NCBI RefSeq assembly: GCF_037042905.1
Contig: NC_087252.1
Location: 23,810,001-23,874,000 of the forward strand
Length of the DNA stretch: 64,000 nucleotides
From: Lytechinus pictus
Taxonomy: Eukaryota
Direction: 5' to 3'
The notes under the pieces are model-generated. The model had not been told where the DNA came from. It worked only from the letters and a program-made list of their open reading frames with translations, and searched no databases. The translations under genes were made by a program, and so were the position numbers. Below are positions 1-10,943 of this stretch, piece after piece (within the stretch, counting starts at the first letter, position 1; each line of letters begins with the position of its first letter).

Positions 1-170
1 TTCATGGGTATGTGGTCTGAGGCTTCACTACATGATATTTACACTTTGTGTTTCATACATTTCTCCATTTCTCTTTCAAGATATTTGTGCTGATATATGT
101 TGTAAAAAATTTGCACCACATTTTGCTATCCATAGTTGGTAGACAGTTTTATAGTATGGTTTAAGTTGAA

Positions 171-331
171 CTGGGGCCTGTTGCATAAAACTTTTTACCT
201 GAGAAAACTCTGGTAAAAACTGAAAACTAAGGTTAGTCTGATTTCTGCCATTGACTTTAACACAGGGCAAAAACTCCGGTAAAAACAACCTGAGTTTTCT
301 CAGGTAAAAAGTTTTATGCAACGGTCCCCTG
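171..331. mobile_element. Short MITE (hAT-like termini), about 40-bp TIRs
   Basis: ctggggcctgttgcataaaactttttacctgagaaaactc is the near-perfect reverse complement of gagttttctcaggtaaaaagttttatgcaacggtcccctg. Confidence 0.75.
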
Positions 332-393
332 GAGTTCAGAAAATGACCATGAAACTTCCATAATTAAACCGGGTATGAAGGCCAAATACTTAC

Positions 394-479
394 CTTGCAT
401 GTACAGACACTGCAGTCCAAGGATTCTGCTGTAAATGTCTCTCCATCTTGGTACTCAGAACCCTGGAACTCACAATTAT
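394..479 (-). CDS. Exon 25 (in window) of Ig/EGF/VWC gene: first half of a VWC domain
   Basis: tag|ATAAT...TGCAAG|gtaagt; translates (D)NCEFQGSEYQDGETFTAESLDCSVCTCK; 86 nt, phase 1-0. Confidence 0.9.
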
Positions 480-707
480 CTATTCAAAATAAACAGATTG
501 AAATATTATTGAATAAAAACTTCATTGAATGACTATTGTATATTTTCAATGTATATCTAGTCCAACGTTTCATTGATGTGGCAACATGCAGTCAAAGACC
601 CTTGATGCATCAAGGAACAGATTCAATTTTGTTTTCATTAAAATTTGGAAATACATGAATCAATGGATTGTGATAAAATGATGGTTTTGTTTTAGTATTC
701 AGATTAA

Positions 708-920
708 GGCGCGATAGCTCAGTCGGTAGAGCAGGGATTTTGGATTCCGGTGACCCGGGTTCGATTCCCACTTGGTGCGCTAGTGCCCTTTGGTTAAGGC
801 ATTAATCCTCATTGCCAGGTCCCTCGGAGAGGACCTTTAGCCTGCGGTCCTATGGTTGCTTGCTAACAAGCATTAATGCATTCTTAGCAATCAGGTTAAA
901 ATCACCAGCATTTACCATAA
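708..920 (+). mobile_element. tRNA-derived SINE
   Basis: A box (tagctcagtcgg) and B box (ggttcgattcc), then a non-tRNA body (gtgccctttggttaaggcattaatcctcattgc). Acceptor and T stems do not pair. Confidence 0.75.
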
Positions 921-1098
921 TAAATATCAGGGTAATCATAAATGAGTCATGACTTTTTGAATGGAATAAAACACAGCAATATTCTGTGATTTCTCCCTAT
1001 TATTACTGATATTACCATTACCACCATCATCATCACCATTGCCAACATCTTCACCATCAAAATTCATCTTTTCAGAAACAAAGCATTATTTTTCTCAC

Positions 1099-1186
1099 CT
1101 TCACATGTTAGACAGCATTCACCCTGCACAGGTCTGGAGCAATCTATCTCAGGGCAGCTAACATTACTGCATCGGACATTACCATC
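1099..1186 (-). CDS. Exon 24: second half of VWC domain
   Basis: cag|GATGGT...GAAG|gtgaga; DGNVRCSNVSCPEIDCSRPVQGECCLTCE with the VWC CCxxC motif; 88 nt, phase 0-1. Confidence 0.92.
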
Positions 1187-1793
1187 CTGCAAAAGAAAAT
1201 TAGGAATTCCCTTATTTGCATGCAATTTTGAGCCATTTATAGTGCAGAAGAGATGGGGGACAGGGGAATAATTGGTAAAATCTACTAAAAGAGAGCTTGT
1301 ACCACGATTTTTACTTTTTCATTTTTGTCCCCCCCCCCCCTTCTTACTATCATGTATCTATTTTGGGGTCAATGCTCAACAAGGTAAATTGCTCTTTTTT
1401 GTTGGCCCCTCATTCGACATAAATTTTTTTCGTTATTGTTCTCTTATGTTTTTTTTGTAACCATGTATTTATATGTTCATCATTGTTTTTACTGGTATGT
1501 ATTGACATTTATACAGTGTACATGCATATGTTTCTATGAAGAATGAAATAAAATCAATTCAATTCAATAATTCCAAAGGCTCGTCATAATAACATCATCA
1601 TGCCATCATCATGGCGATGGTGATGGCAATGTGTGATACACAGGATATTTTTTTTTTAATTATAAGAATACCTTATCCAACTGAAACTTAACATGTATCT
1701 TCAACATTGCAATCTGCAGCAAAAAGACAATCTGAATTCAACAGTATAATTCTTAAAACGACAATTAAGTTTGGCAAGTTATATCCAACTCAC

Positions 1794-1876
1794 CTGGCAA
1801 ATGCATGTTGTGCATTGTTGACTCATAGGAGAGAAATAAAGATGATTCCTGATAACATTGCCTTCATACAAACAAT
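1794..1876 (-). CDS. Exon 23: first half of VWC domain
   Basis: cag|ATTGT...CAG|gtgagt; (D)CLYEGNVIRNHLYFSPMSQQCTTCICQ; 83 nt, phase 1-0. Confidence 0.92.
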
Positions 1877-2568
1877 CTGAAGCATAATATAATAAAAAGG
1901 GAATTGTGTGAAATACAGAGTTTTAAATAATACATGAAAGTTATAAGCCAAAATGACAGCAAAAATGTAGATTCAAATATTCAGTAGCACCTGATATACA
2001 AATTTAGCAGTGCATCATAAAATGGGAACTACACACTAGCATTTATATTGTGTGTCCATGAGAAGATAGGAATGGTGGCTCTTTTTTAGTATTGTGCATG
2101 AACAAAAATTTCAGTTCTGTTCACGTTGTGAACAATACAAAAGATCTTGGAATCATGCCAATGATGCAACAACAAGAAAATAAAGCATAGTAACTAAAAT
2201 CAACAATTTCTCTTATCTAGGACACCTAGTGCACATTACTATCACACTTTTATATGTTTTTTTTTAATGTTTTTTCTGTTGTTTCTTTTTGTTGTTCTTT
2301 TTTCTGTTCTATGTCCTTTCCCATTGCATACTCTGATGAAAAAAAAGATAATTAATAGCTGCATACATAAAATATACAATGTATCACAGAGATGACCTTC
2401 TAAAAGTGCCTAAAAACAGGAAATTTTGTCCATTGAAATTTCTCCATTTGGGATTTGTACATGAAACCGGAAACTGCAACAAAACAGCAAATTGTGTCCA
2501 TTTTGCAAAGTTAGGCTCACTGTGAATGTATACGTAAGTGGCATTTACAAATAATCTATTCAACATAC

Positions 2569-2751
2569 CTGTGCATTCGTGACAGCATTCTGTTTGGTGA
2601 GGAGCAGGATAATCACACTGTATATCACAGATCTCTCTCATACATTTAACTTGACCATCAGTACAGTTACAGTGATCACAGGGGTCAAACGGTGATGTCC
2701 AGTTGGTGGAATGGTCGTATTCGATGCCTTGGTAAGTACACTGCTGGAATT
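2569..2751 (-). CDS. Exon 22: complete VWC domain
   Basis: cag|AATTC...ACAG|gtatgt; FQQCTYQGIEYDHSTNWTSPFDPCDHCNCTDGQVKCMREICDIQCDYPAPHQTECCHECT; 183 nt. Confidence 0.95.
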
Positions 2752-3349
2752 CTGAAACAAGAGATGACAATTCATAGCTTTTTAACTAGACACTTATTTG
2801 GTTTTAATTTATTCTCTCCCAGAAGTTCCTTAGCCCATAAAAAAAAATATGTAGGACCTAAGATATGAAATTAACTACCTTTAAATATACAAATTTGTAA
2901 CAATATTTTATCATTCAAGAAGAATAGGAAGGATTTATATCTCGCCAAATACTGTAAATGATATTTTTCTAAATTACTTTCATAATTGAGGTGCATGATG
3001 AATTTCTTTTTAATTTCATTTGAGATGCGAACAATGTCCATATTGTGATATGATATAGGGGCATTATTTTAGTTTTTGTATTATTTAATTTTTGTTCTGG
3101 TTTTTAAATATTTCAAGCCATGTTTTAGTTAAATGAGTTATCTACACATGGAGGTAATACTTGTTATGCATGGTAAAAAAAAAATAAACAATTGTGATAA
3201 AATGACCTCATTATTTTAGGCCTGACATGGTCAGGCATCTATTGAAGGTGTATTCATAGAATTCTAAGCTCCATTGACTGATGAACCAAAAAGTAACTTT
3301 GAACATAAATTCATAAAGCAGGGTATTAGTTTTGGTATACAAATGAGAC

Positions 3350-3615
3350 CTGGGCCCCTTCTTACAAAGAGTCACAATTGATCCAATCAACCACAACTAT
3401 GGATGACCCGTAATGTCAACATCTAAAATGTGAATCTGTTCAAAATATTTTCCAGATATGATGTATATGCATACATTCATCATTCTCTTGAACATTCAGT
3501 GTGATTCTCTTTGTTTACGAAGGAAACAGCTAATTTCCTGTAGAAAAAATTATGGTATGTATGGATTTCCATACAGTTGAGATTGATTGGATCAATGGTA
3601 ACTCTTTGTAAGATG
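3350..3615. mobile_element. About 270-bp MITE family (copy 1 of 3)
   Basis: TIR ctgggcccc-tcttacaaagag ... actctttgtaaga; homologous to 37739-38013 and 47990-48275. Confidence 0.75.
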
Positions 3616-3867
3616 TAACTTACATAAAAAAAAAATTTAAAAGCTGAAGTAAATGACATTCCTGAGTTTGGTTAATTTTGTACTGTCCGAATTTTTATCA
3701 CATTATTCCGACAGACTTGCATGACAGATTATGATTTTCAAGTCAGTAAACCTTTTGCAAACTTTGTAAGACTCCATCGATCTCCCCCAAGATTTGCCAA
3801 TTTAGTGTCCCTTTAAGCATGACTTTCCTTAAATCCTTGGGGGAAAAAAAGGCATGCTCCAACTTAC

Positions 3868-3981
3868 TCGGTGTCGGGCAGTCGGTGCAGGTGGTGACAC
3901 CCAGATCACAGGAGCACTCTGTACACCCATCCACTGTCCAGGTGGTACCCGATGGATACAGGTGGTTCTCATACACACAAC
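3868..3981 (-). CDS. Exon 21: short or truncated VWC-like module
   Basis: cag|GTTGT...CCGA|gtaagt; GCVYENHLYPSGTTWTVDGCTECSCDLGVTTCTDCPTP; 114 nt, phase 1-1. Confidence 0.92.
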
Positions 3982-4221
3982 CTGTACAAAGACAAGCAGA
4001 AATAATCAACATTCATTGAGGAACATGTATTATGAATGCAATTAATGTAAATTTTTGAAATTATTAAATGAAATGAATTTCAACTGTACTGGAAATGTGA
4101 AAGGCTGCTTCTACTTATTTCACTGAAAATTGACCCCATGGAAGACTAAGAATCAGATATACATGTATAATTGTAGCTGAGAGTGGATTGCCAGCTGTAT
4201 TTTAATTTCTTAATACATATT

Positions 4222-4420
4222 TTAGTTGCTTCGCTTCAATTTACGGCTGGTACTAACCCTCAATTGTTTACCTTGACAGCCAATCACAGCTCGCTGTTTA
4301 GTGTCCATTGTCTCTTTCGGTTTATTATATATACTTTTGCTCTAGCGCTCTAATCATTCATGTGATTTCACTCCGATGAGTGCATGTCGAAAAGCTTCAG
4401 TATGTCCATTTTTAAAGCTA
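4222..4420. mobile_element. Half copy of long-TIR MITE family
   Basis: Matches the arm of the element at 38329-38756 (gtttaccttgacagccaatcacagctc...gagtgcatgtcgaaaagcttcagtat). Confidence 0.7.
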
Positions 4421-4682
4421 TTTTACAAATATCTACAAAGAATTACAATAACAAGAATAACATCTAAAGCTGTGTATCAAGTCTTTAAAAAACCCTGGTT
4501 ATTCCTAAGAACATTAAATGCAAAAATATTTGATATAAATCATTCTTTCTGATTATTGTCCTTGCAATGTTTGTAGACTTTGTTTTGAATTTATTCTCTT
4601 TGCATCTTGTGATATTACTTTCTTTTTTAAGGAATGGAATAAATGTGAATCAAACAACAAAAATCTCATTTTAAAAACCAAC

Positions 4683-4811
4683 CTGAAGGTCCCACACAAG
4701 TATTGCCATCAGCCTCCAAGATGGAGCCCTCGTAACAAGCACAAAGATATGATCCAATGATGTTCAGACAACGCTGCTCACAGTTGTGTTCTCCTTCACA
4801 TTCATCAATGT
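4683..4811 (-). CDS. Exon 20: calcium-binding EGF domain
   Basis: cag|ACATT...TCAG|gttggt; (D)IDECEGEHNCEQRCLNIIGSYLCACYEGSILEADGNTCVGPS; 129 nt. Confidence 0.95.
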
Positions 4812-5046
4812 CTGAAAGACGATCAAGATTAAGATAGTAAGAACGCACCCTAGTTACACCCACCATCACATAAATTATCATATGTTGTGTTCTCTTTTAC
4901 AATCATCAATGTCTTTAGGATAATCAGGATGAAGTTAGGTGAGAACACTCACTGGTTTACACACCTTCACATTCATAATTATTTCTTTTGTTCTCATTCA
5001 CATTAATCAATGTCTGAAAATTAGATAAGATAAAGATAGTAAGAAT
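4783..5046 (-). repeat. About 101-bp diverged tandem repeat (3 copies) spanning the exon 20 acceptor
   Basis: gttgtgttctc...atcaatgtct...aagatagtaagaa recurs near 4783, 4884 and 4985. Confidence 0.8.
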
Positions 5047-5595
5047 GGATCCTGGATATGCTCACCTTAAAATTCACAACTGTATCAAAAAAATTAATGA
5101 TTAGAAAAGACTGAACACAACATGTAATTATCATGTTTTTTATGTCGAACAGTTAATTAGGATCAAAATAATAAAAACAACGTCATCTGCTGACCTGTAC
5201 AATTTTCTAATGAATCCAATATTTCTAATCTGAATGAGCACATTATTGATACTACTACACTTACAAAATATTAAATATATTATCATGACTTCATTCATAC
5301 CTCATTGAAATTCATTATCAAAGCCATGTTAACGAACAGGCGTAGACAAATTTTACTAAAATTTCGGGAAGGACCATAAACAGATGGGAAACATACAAAA
5401 GCACAGACCCTAGTGGCATTCGGATATGTACCACCTCGCTGTGTCTACAGCTTGGTATCTAATCAGCTTGATATATACACTGTATCAACTATAATACATA
5501 TTTCATGTCTCTAGTAGTCTCAACCTCAGTCCTTGGTTGTATAGCACTTTGGTTGGACAGTAAACTTTACAGTATGAAAAATACTTGTTTCTTAC

Positions 5596-5715
5596 CAACG
5601 CATTTCCTGTCTGCAGTAAGCCGATAGCCCGGAGCACATGAACAGTAGAAACTTCCAATGGTGTTGAAGCAATCATGTTTGCAGATAGTAGGGTTGATTT
5701 CACACTCATTGATAT
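5596..5715 (-). CDS. Exon 19: calcium-binding EGF domain
   Basis: aag|ATATC...GTTG|gtaaga; (D)INECEINPTICKHDCFNTIGSFYCSCAPGYRLTADRKCV; 120 nt. Confidence 0.95.
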
Positions 5716-6284
5716 CTTTAAGAAATTTTTAAAATATCAAACAAAAAAATTAATTTTAGAAATAATTCATGCAGAGGAAGCATGTTGTTATATGCTAAAA
5801 TATGGTCTTCCATCAAATACTTTTGAAAACCTGTAAAGAGGAAATACATAAACTAGTTCTTGGTCACCTTTATTGCCTATTGAAATAGATCATAATTGTG
5901 TGTTCTGATCAAATTGCCTTTCAAATGGGAATCGAAATTGCTAAAACTTTGAACATTTTTATAATCATATCACTTATATCTACATGATTTTGCTATATCC
6001 CTGCATGTTATTACTGCATTTTCTATGTCACATGTTTGTTTGATAATGGGTTGGTTTAAGTATATGTTTTTTTTTTCCTTTTTGGCTGCTACCCCTCAGT
6101 ACGTCTCTGAATCATAATGCAATTTTAGACATGTACATCGATTCGTAATACATGTATTTTGACTTTGTATCATATTTGTTTTTATGACTTGTATGTTTTA
6201 ACTGGGAGAATAAAACAATTTGAATTTGAATTATTTAAATGAATGAAACATATGTGAAATATTCAGTAGATAACTATTTCTTAC

Positions 6285-6380
6285 CTTCATTGCAAGTACT
6301 TCCTGTAAATCCTACTGGACATCGGCAGTAACCAAGAACACAAACAGCATTGTTCTCACACATCGGATCACATGACATCT
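6285..6380 (-). CDS. Exon 18: short EGF-like domain
   Basis: tag|AGATG...GAAG|gtaaga; (E)MSCDPMCENNAVCVLGYCRCPVGFTGSTCNE; 96 nt. Confidence 0.93.
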
Positions 6381-6429
6381 CTATATAGAAGAAAGTAGAA
6401 GATAAACAAATGAGTAGTGACCTTCTTCT

Positions 6430-6830
6430 CATCGTCATTATAATCAACAACACTATCACTTTCTTCATTAAAACAATAACCTTCATCCTCATTGCTTTCA
6501 TCATTATCGCCATCATCACCATCATCATTACCATTACTGTCACCATCACCATTATTTTCATCACCATCATCATCGCCCAACATCACTGTTGTCATGATCA
6601 TCATAATCATCACAATCATTATTATCACAATTCTCACATTCGGTCTCCTGCACGTTACTTTCAGAACATGTATATCCTCCGTATCGTGGCAGCCATAGAC
6701 ACTACCCTTTTACGTCATTGTCATCACCCTCACCACCATCATCATCGTCCTCATCATCATCATCCTCATCGCTGTCACAATTATCATCACCATCACCATC
6801 ATCACCACCATAATCACTATCAACATCAAA
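6430..6830. repeat. Degenerate (CAT/CAC)n microsatellite
   Basis: Runs of catcatcaccat, which produce the His/Asp-rich spurious ORFs. Confidence 0.85.
6652..6712 (-). pseudogene. Degenerate copy of the 3' half and donor of exon 17
   Basis: Translates KG*CLWLPRYGGYTCSE|gtaacg versus QGLCLCPLGYRGDTCSE|gtaatg in exon 17. Confidence 0.75.
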
Positions 6831-6869
6831 CCAGGCCAAGATCCTCTTATTCTGTTTCCTGTACATTAC

Positions 6870-6980
6870 CTTCAGAACATGTATCTCCTCTGTATCCAAG
6901 AGGGCAGAGGCACAACCCTTGCACACATGTCGCTCCATTCTCACATTGAGGTTCACAAGGTATGTATGTATCAGTGAAAT
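6870..6980 (-). CDS. Exon 17: short EGF-like domain (contains RGD)
   Basis: tag|ATTTC...GAAG|gtaatg; (N)FTDTYIPCEPQCENGATCVQGLCLCPLGYRGDTCSE; 111 nt. Confidence 0.92.
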
Positions 6981-7472
6981 CTAGAACAGAGAAAAATCAT
7001 TAAACAATCAAACCTATATAAAATGTATAAGGACTACAAAAGAGAGACAAAATATGTGGTCTTTATGGATAGGTTCCAGTAATACATTTTTCAATGGGGA
7101 ATATTACACAAAAGAAAACAAACATGTACTTGTATTCTTTGTAGATAGGTAGTTGCAATACCAGATAATAATATTTAGGTGGTTAGATAAATATGTACAT
7201 TTTAAAATGGTAAGTGTTCAGGATGACTTGAAACTATTACATTTTCAAGTAGCTCATGAATTGTATTATATTCCACATACTGTACTTTATAGGATCTTGT
7301 TATAGGATTGGTCAAAGGTTCATACAATAAATTGTAGTTACCCCATCAAACATCACACACTGTGATGGAACCTTTTGAGTTTCGCTGATCACTTCAGTTC
7401 ATAGTATCATATGTGTTAGATAACAGATAATATTAACTAATGTGAACGGTTTCACATAATACATGTACTTAC

Positions 7473-7571
7473 TTGATAATTCACAGAATTCTCCATAGTA
7501 ATCTTCAGCACAGACACACACTCCATTCTGGCAGTGACCACCATTTAGGCAGGGGTGTGAACAGGTTATAG
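7473..7571 (-). CDS. Exon 16: short EGF-like domain
   Basis: cag|CTATA...TCAA|gtaagt; (P)ITCSHPCLNGGHCQNGVCVCAEDYYGEFCELS; 99 nt. Confidence 0.95.
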
Positions 7572-7629
7572 CTGTGGAGGGATAAAATAATGCAATTTAG
7601 TTGAATTACCCTCATGGAAAGGACACGAT

Positions 7630-8012
7630 GTTACAGTGTCAACAATGTGTTCAGAGTGAGTTCACAGAGCATTCACAATGTGTTCACAGTGTGTCCACAG
7701 TGTATTCACAGTGTGTTCACAGTGAGTTTACAGTATATTCATAGTGTATTCACAGTGCATTCACAATGTGTTCACAATGTGTTCACAATGAGTTTACATT
7801 GTATTCTTAGTGTAATCACAGTGTGTTCACAATGCATTCAGTGTGTTCACAATGTGTTTACAGCGTGTTCATAGTGTATACACAGTGTGTTCACAGTGTG
7901 ATCACAGTGGACTATGTGGAGATATAATTCACACTTATAAATCAAATTTAATATGTGTGAAGATGATTTCACACTGTGTGCCACACTGTGAGAAACACTA
8001 CTGTACACAGTG
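7630..8012. repeat. 11-bp minisatellite (cacagtgtgtt-like)
   Basis: Repeated ttcacaatgtg / ttcacagtgtg units. Confidence 0.8.
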
Positions 8013-8393
8013 TTCTTTCTATCATGAAATTCATTGAAAGGTTCATATGAATAGGAAAAGAAATGGACAGCAAAAGAGAGGAAAAAATGAAAAGCTAATT
8101 ATATTTTAATAAAATCCAATATATTTCATATTTCAGGTCAATTTAGTATAGAAGATAGACAAGTCCAAAAAGTATTTTATCTGACCCCCTATATGAGGGA
8201 ACATTCTGAAATGATTTCTTTATGCAGTATGCCTGTGCAGAATGCTCTAAAATTACAATGGGTTTAGCGAGTAGAGCATGAAATAAAGTTAAAATTGTGA
8301 AAAACAGAGGTTGGATACAAAGAGATTATTTTATGGAATTGCCCAACATATCATTTAGTAAAATTGAAAAATTACAAATTTGTTTCATCTTAC

Positions 8394-8534
8394 GTAGTAT
8401 CATCAAGGTGATAGTTCTGGAGAGTGGTCCAGCCGTGCAAGAATAGTTTCCAACATCATGTATCTGGAAGTCATTGATGACCAGCTCGATGTTCTGATCA
8501 TCGATCACACTGACATGTTTGTGACCTGTACCGC
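8394..8534 (-). CDS. Exon 15: C-terminal half of Ig domain
   Basis: tag|GCGGT...CTAC|gtaaga; GTGHKHVSVIDDQNIELVINDFQIHDVGNYSCTAGPLSRTITLMIL with the Ig DxGxYxC motif; 141 nt. Confidence 0.95.
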
Positions 8535-9078
8535 CTACAGAAAAAATATTTATGAAACAGAAATGACAGATTAAAAAAAGATGCGTACTTTTATTCCTGT
8601 ATGTGCCTGGTAATTTTCTTGCCAAACATTTTCTGTTAAATTCATGCATTTTATGTATTTCACTAAGCAGTATGAGACAATTAGAATGCTTATACATTAT
8701 ACCCGGGTAAAAATAGTGTACAGACCAATGTATGCATAGATTGAAATTCGCTTTTCAGAACTCTGTTTCACGCATGTATTCTGCCGAGTAAGATTGATTC
8801 TGCTAATATTGTTACCTTAAATGCAGCACCAATCAGGAATGTAAAAATTGCAATTGTAGCCCGTCAAAAATAAATATATAATATACCTCAATGTACATGA
8901 TTGATTTTCAAACTTCAGAAAAAGGGGTATATGAAAAATTTGAAAATAGGAGCATTCAAAAATTCTAATACAAGTACATGTAAGCAACTGTAATAAGTAT
9001 TTAAAAATGGAGGGACATTGTTTATTCAGAAATGGTAGAAATGAATATCATAACCAAGAAGAGACTGAGCGGACTTAC

Positions 9079-9237
9079 CATTTGCCAGGGTATTAATGAG
9101 AGTTCCGTTGGGCGTGTACCATGACGGTGATTCATCCACATCTCTGCTCCTTACATTACACTGTATGGTGGTGTCTTCCCCTAGGGCCAGGACCTGGGCT
9201 TGGAATGGGGTAACCACTATCTGGGGCTGGGATCCAA
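9079..9237 (-). CDS. Exon 14: N-terminal half of Ig domain
   Basis: tag|TTGGA...AATG|gtaagt; GSQPQIVVTPFQAQVLALGEDTTIQCNVRSRDVDESPSWYTPNGTLINTLAN with the B-strand Cys and C-strand Trp; 159 nt. Confidence 0.95.
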
Positions 9238-9354
9238 CTAAGTAGGATGAAGATAAAGCTAGAATTTATAATTTGAACTTTTTTAGTACAATAATTTTTC
9301 AGTATGCCAATAACGTTTGCTATTTAGCTTTACACAAAAATTGGAGTTGTATCT

Positions 9355-9740
9355 TAGAAAGAGGAAGAAGAACATTTCTAAAGGAGAAGAAAAAAGAAAG
9401 ACAATAGGAAGGAGGAGGAGGAAAAAATGGAAGAAAAGGAAAAATATTAGAGAAAGAAGCAGGAGAGAAGAAAACGAAAGAATTAGAATTAGAAGAAGAA
9501 GAAGAAGAAGAAGAAAAAGAAGAAGGCGGAGAAGAAGGAGAAAAAGAAGAAGGAGAAAAAGAAGAAGGAGAAAAAGAAGAAGGAGAAAAAGAAGGAGAAG
9601 AAGAAGAAGAGGAAGAAGGAGGAGGAGGAGAAAAAGAAGGGGAAAAGGGTGAAAGAAGATGAAGAAGATGAAGAGGGGGTGGGGAAGAGGAATAAAAGGG
9701 AACATGAAAAGGATTCATAAGAAGATGAAAGAAGGAAGAA
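9355..9740. repeat. (GAA/GGA)n purine tract
   Basis: Seen directly in the sequence. Confidence 0.9.
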
Positions 9741-10385
9741 ATATTCAAACAAGATGCTTTCCATGAGCAGAGTTTGAATCAAACCAGCCATGATTCATCT
9801 CTATTACTACATGTACATGTAGATGTTCATGACAGTGTTCAGTAAAAGCCAACAGGACAGGCAATTTCTGTTCCATTATGAGTATGCTTCACATGCAGCT
9901 TGAACTGCAATGGTTGTTCCCTAAGACAATGACAGTAGTGATTTGATATTCCAGAAGAATCTGAAACAGATATGACTCAAGATCTTCTTTGGGGTGAAAA
10001 TGATTCGACCAAATGCAATAATGGTTAAAAGCTTGAATTGATTGCACACATGTATGAATGCAATGAAATACAGACCTATCATGAAATCTAATGAACAGTG
10101 TGATTACACTATTACTAGAGAAAAAATAGGCAATTTCTAAATTTTCAATGTCATCAAGGATGAGACATATTTTCCATTTCCTAAATTATTCAAAATCTTG
10201 GTGTAGTTGGAAGGCCTAAAAAAATTAAAAATTATCCTTTTTTACCCTAAAAGATGACACTGAATTGGGTTAATAGTGTCCATCTACATGTAGAATGTAT
10301 TTATGTTTATACATGTACATGCATGGTATGTAGATGCATGGCAGATATCTACTTTGATTCCTGTTCATTCTTTGATAGATCTTAC

Positions 10386-10424
10386 TGATCAGAGTCAGAT
10401 CCAATCCTGGTTCCAGGGCTCCGA
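10386..10424 (-). CDS. Exon 13 (putative): 39-nt linker micro-exon
   Basis: Pyrimidine tract, then ccag|TCGGA...ATCA|gtaaga; (V)GALEPGLDLTLI; phase 1-1 and in frame with neighbours, but no domain signature. Confidence 0.6.
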
Positions 10425-10514
10425 CTGGATCGCAATTCGGATGGAAGAAAAACAAAAATTTCTTCAATTTCTTGATTGATACCAGCATTTCATCAAGAAA
10501 GAAATTACTTCACA

Positions 10515-10658
10515 AGCCCGTAAGTAGCCAGGGGGTTCGGGGGTTCGATTGAGCCCCTTAAAATCTTAATTCGAAAGCAAAATTAGGGGAGGTAAAGGAC
10601 AAAAGAAGGGGAAAGAACGGATCGAACCCCCTAAGTGGTAACCCTGGCTACAGGGCTG
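10515..10658. mobile_element. Small hAT-like MITE remnant
   Basis: agcccgtaagtagccaggg...gggggttcgat versus atcgaaccccc...ccctggctacagggct, which are inverted ends. Confidence 0.55.
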
Positions 10659-10704
10659 CTTCATCATCATAAATCTATTCATGTAGCACATCTGTCAAAT
10701 AATG

Positions 10705-10885
10705 TGTAGATAAATGGTAGATGCATATATCTACTTGGATTCCTGTACACACTTAGAGCTTACTGATCGCAGTCAGTTTCAATCTTGGTTCCAGGGCTCC
10801 AAATATTGATTGGAATTTGGATGGTAGAAATATCACCAATTCTTCAAGGTCTTTGACTTAATTAATTGCACATAGCATTTAATCA
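10705..10885 (-). pseudogene. Diverged duplicate of the micro-exon 13 region lacking the acceptor AG
   Basis: Aligns with about 10330-10495; reads GALEPRLKLTAI|gtaagc but is preceded by caatat rather than ccag. Confidence 0.7.
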
Positions 10886-10943
10886 ATAAATAATCATTTA
10901 TTCATCAACATGAATATGGAAATATTGCACAACTATCATTTAA

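Noticed and set aside
708..780. tRNA gene
   Set aside because: The D arm and Pol III boxes are present, but the acceptor and T stems do not pair and a SINE body follows.
6274..6956. His/Asp/Met-rich ORFs
   Set aside because: Products of the CAT microsatellite; only the embedded EGF exons are coding.
9283..9791. Poly-R/L/S/F ORFs
   Set aside because: Translations of a GAA tract.
9835..9900. Possible decayed EGF exon (minus strand HNGTEIACPVGFY*)
   Set aside because: Only a short motif, with no cysteine spacing or splice sites; chance is likely.
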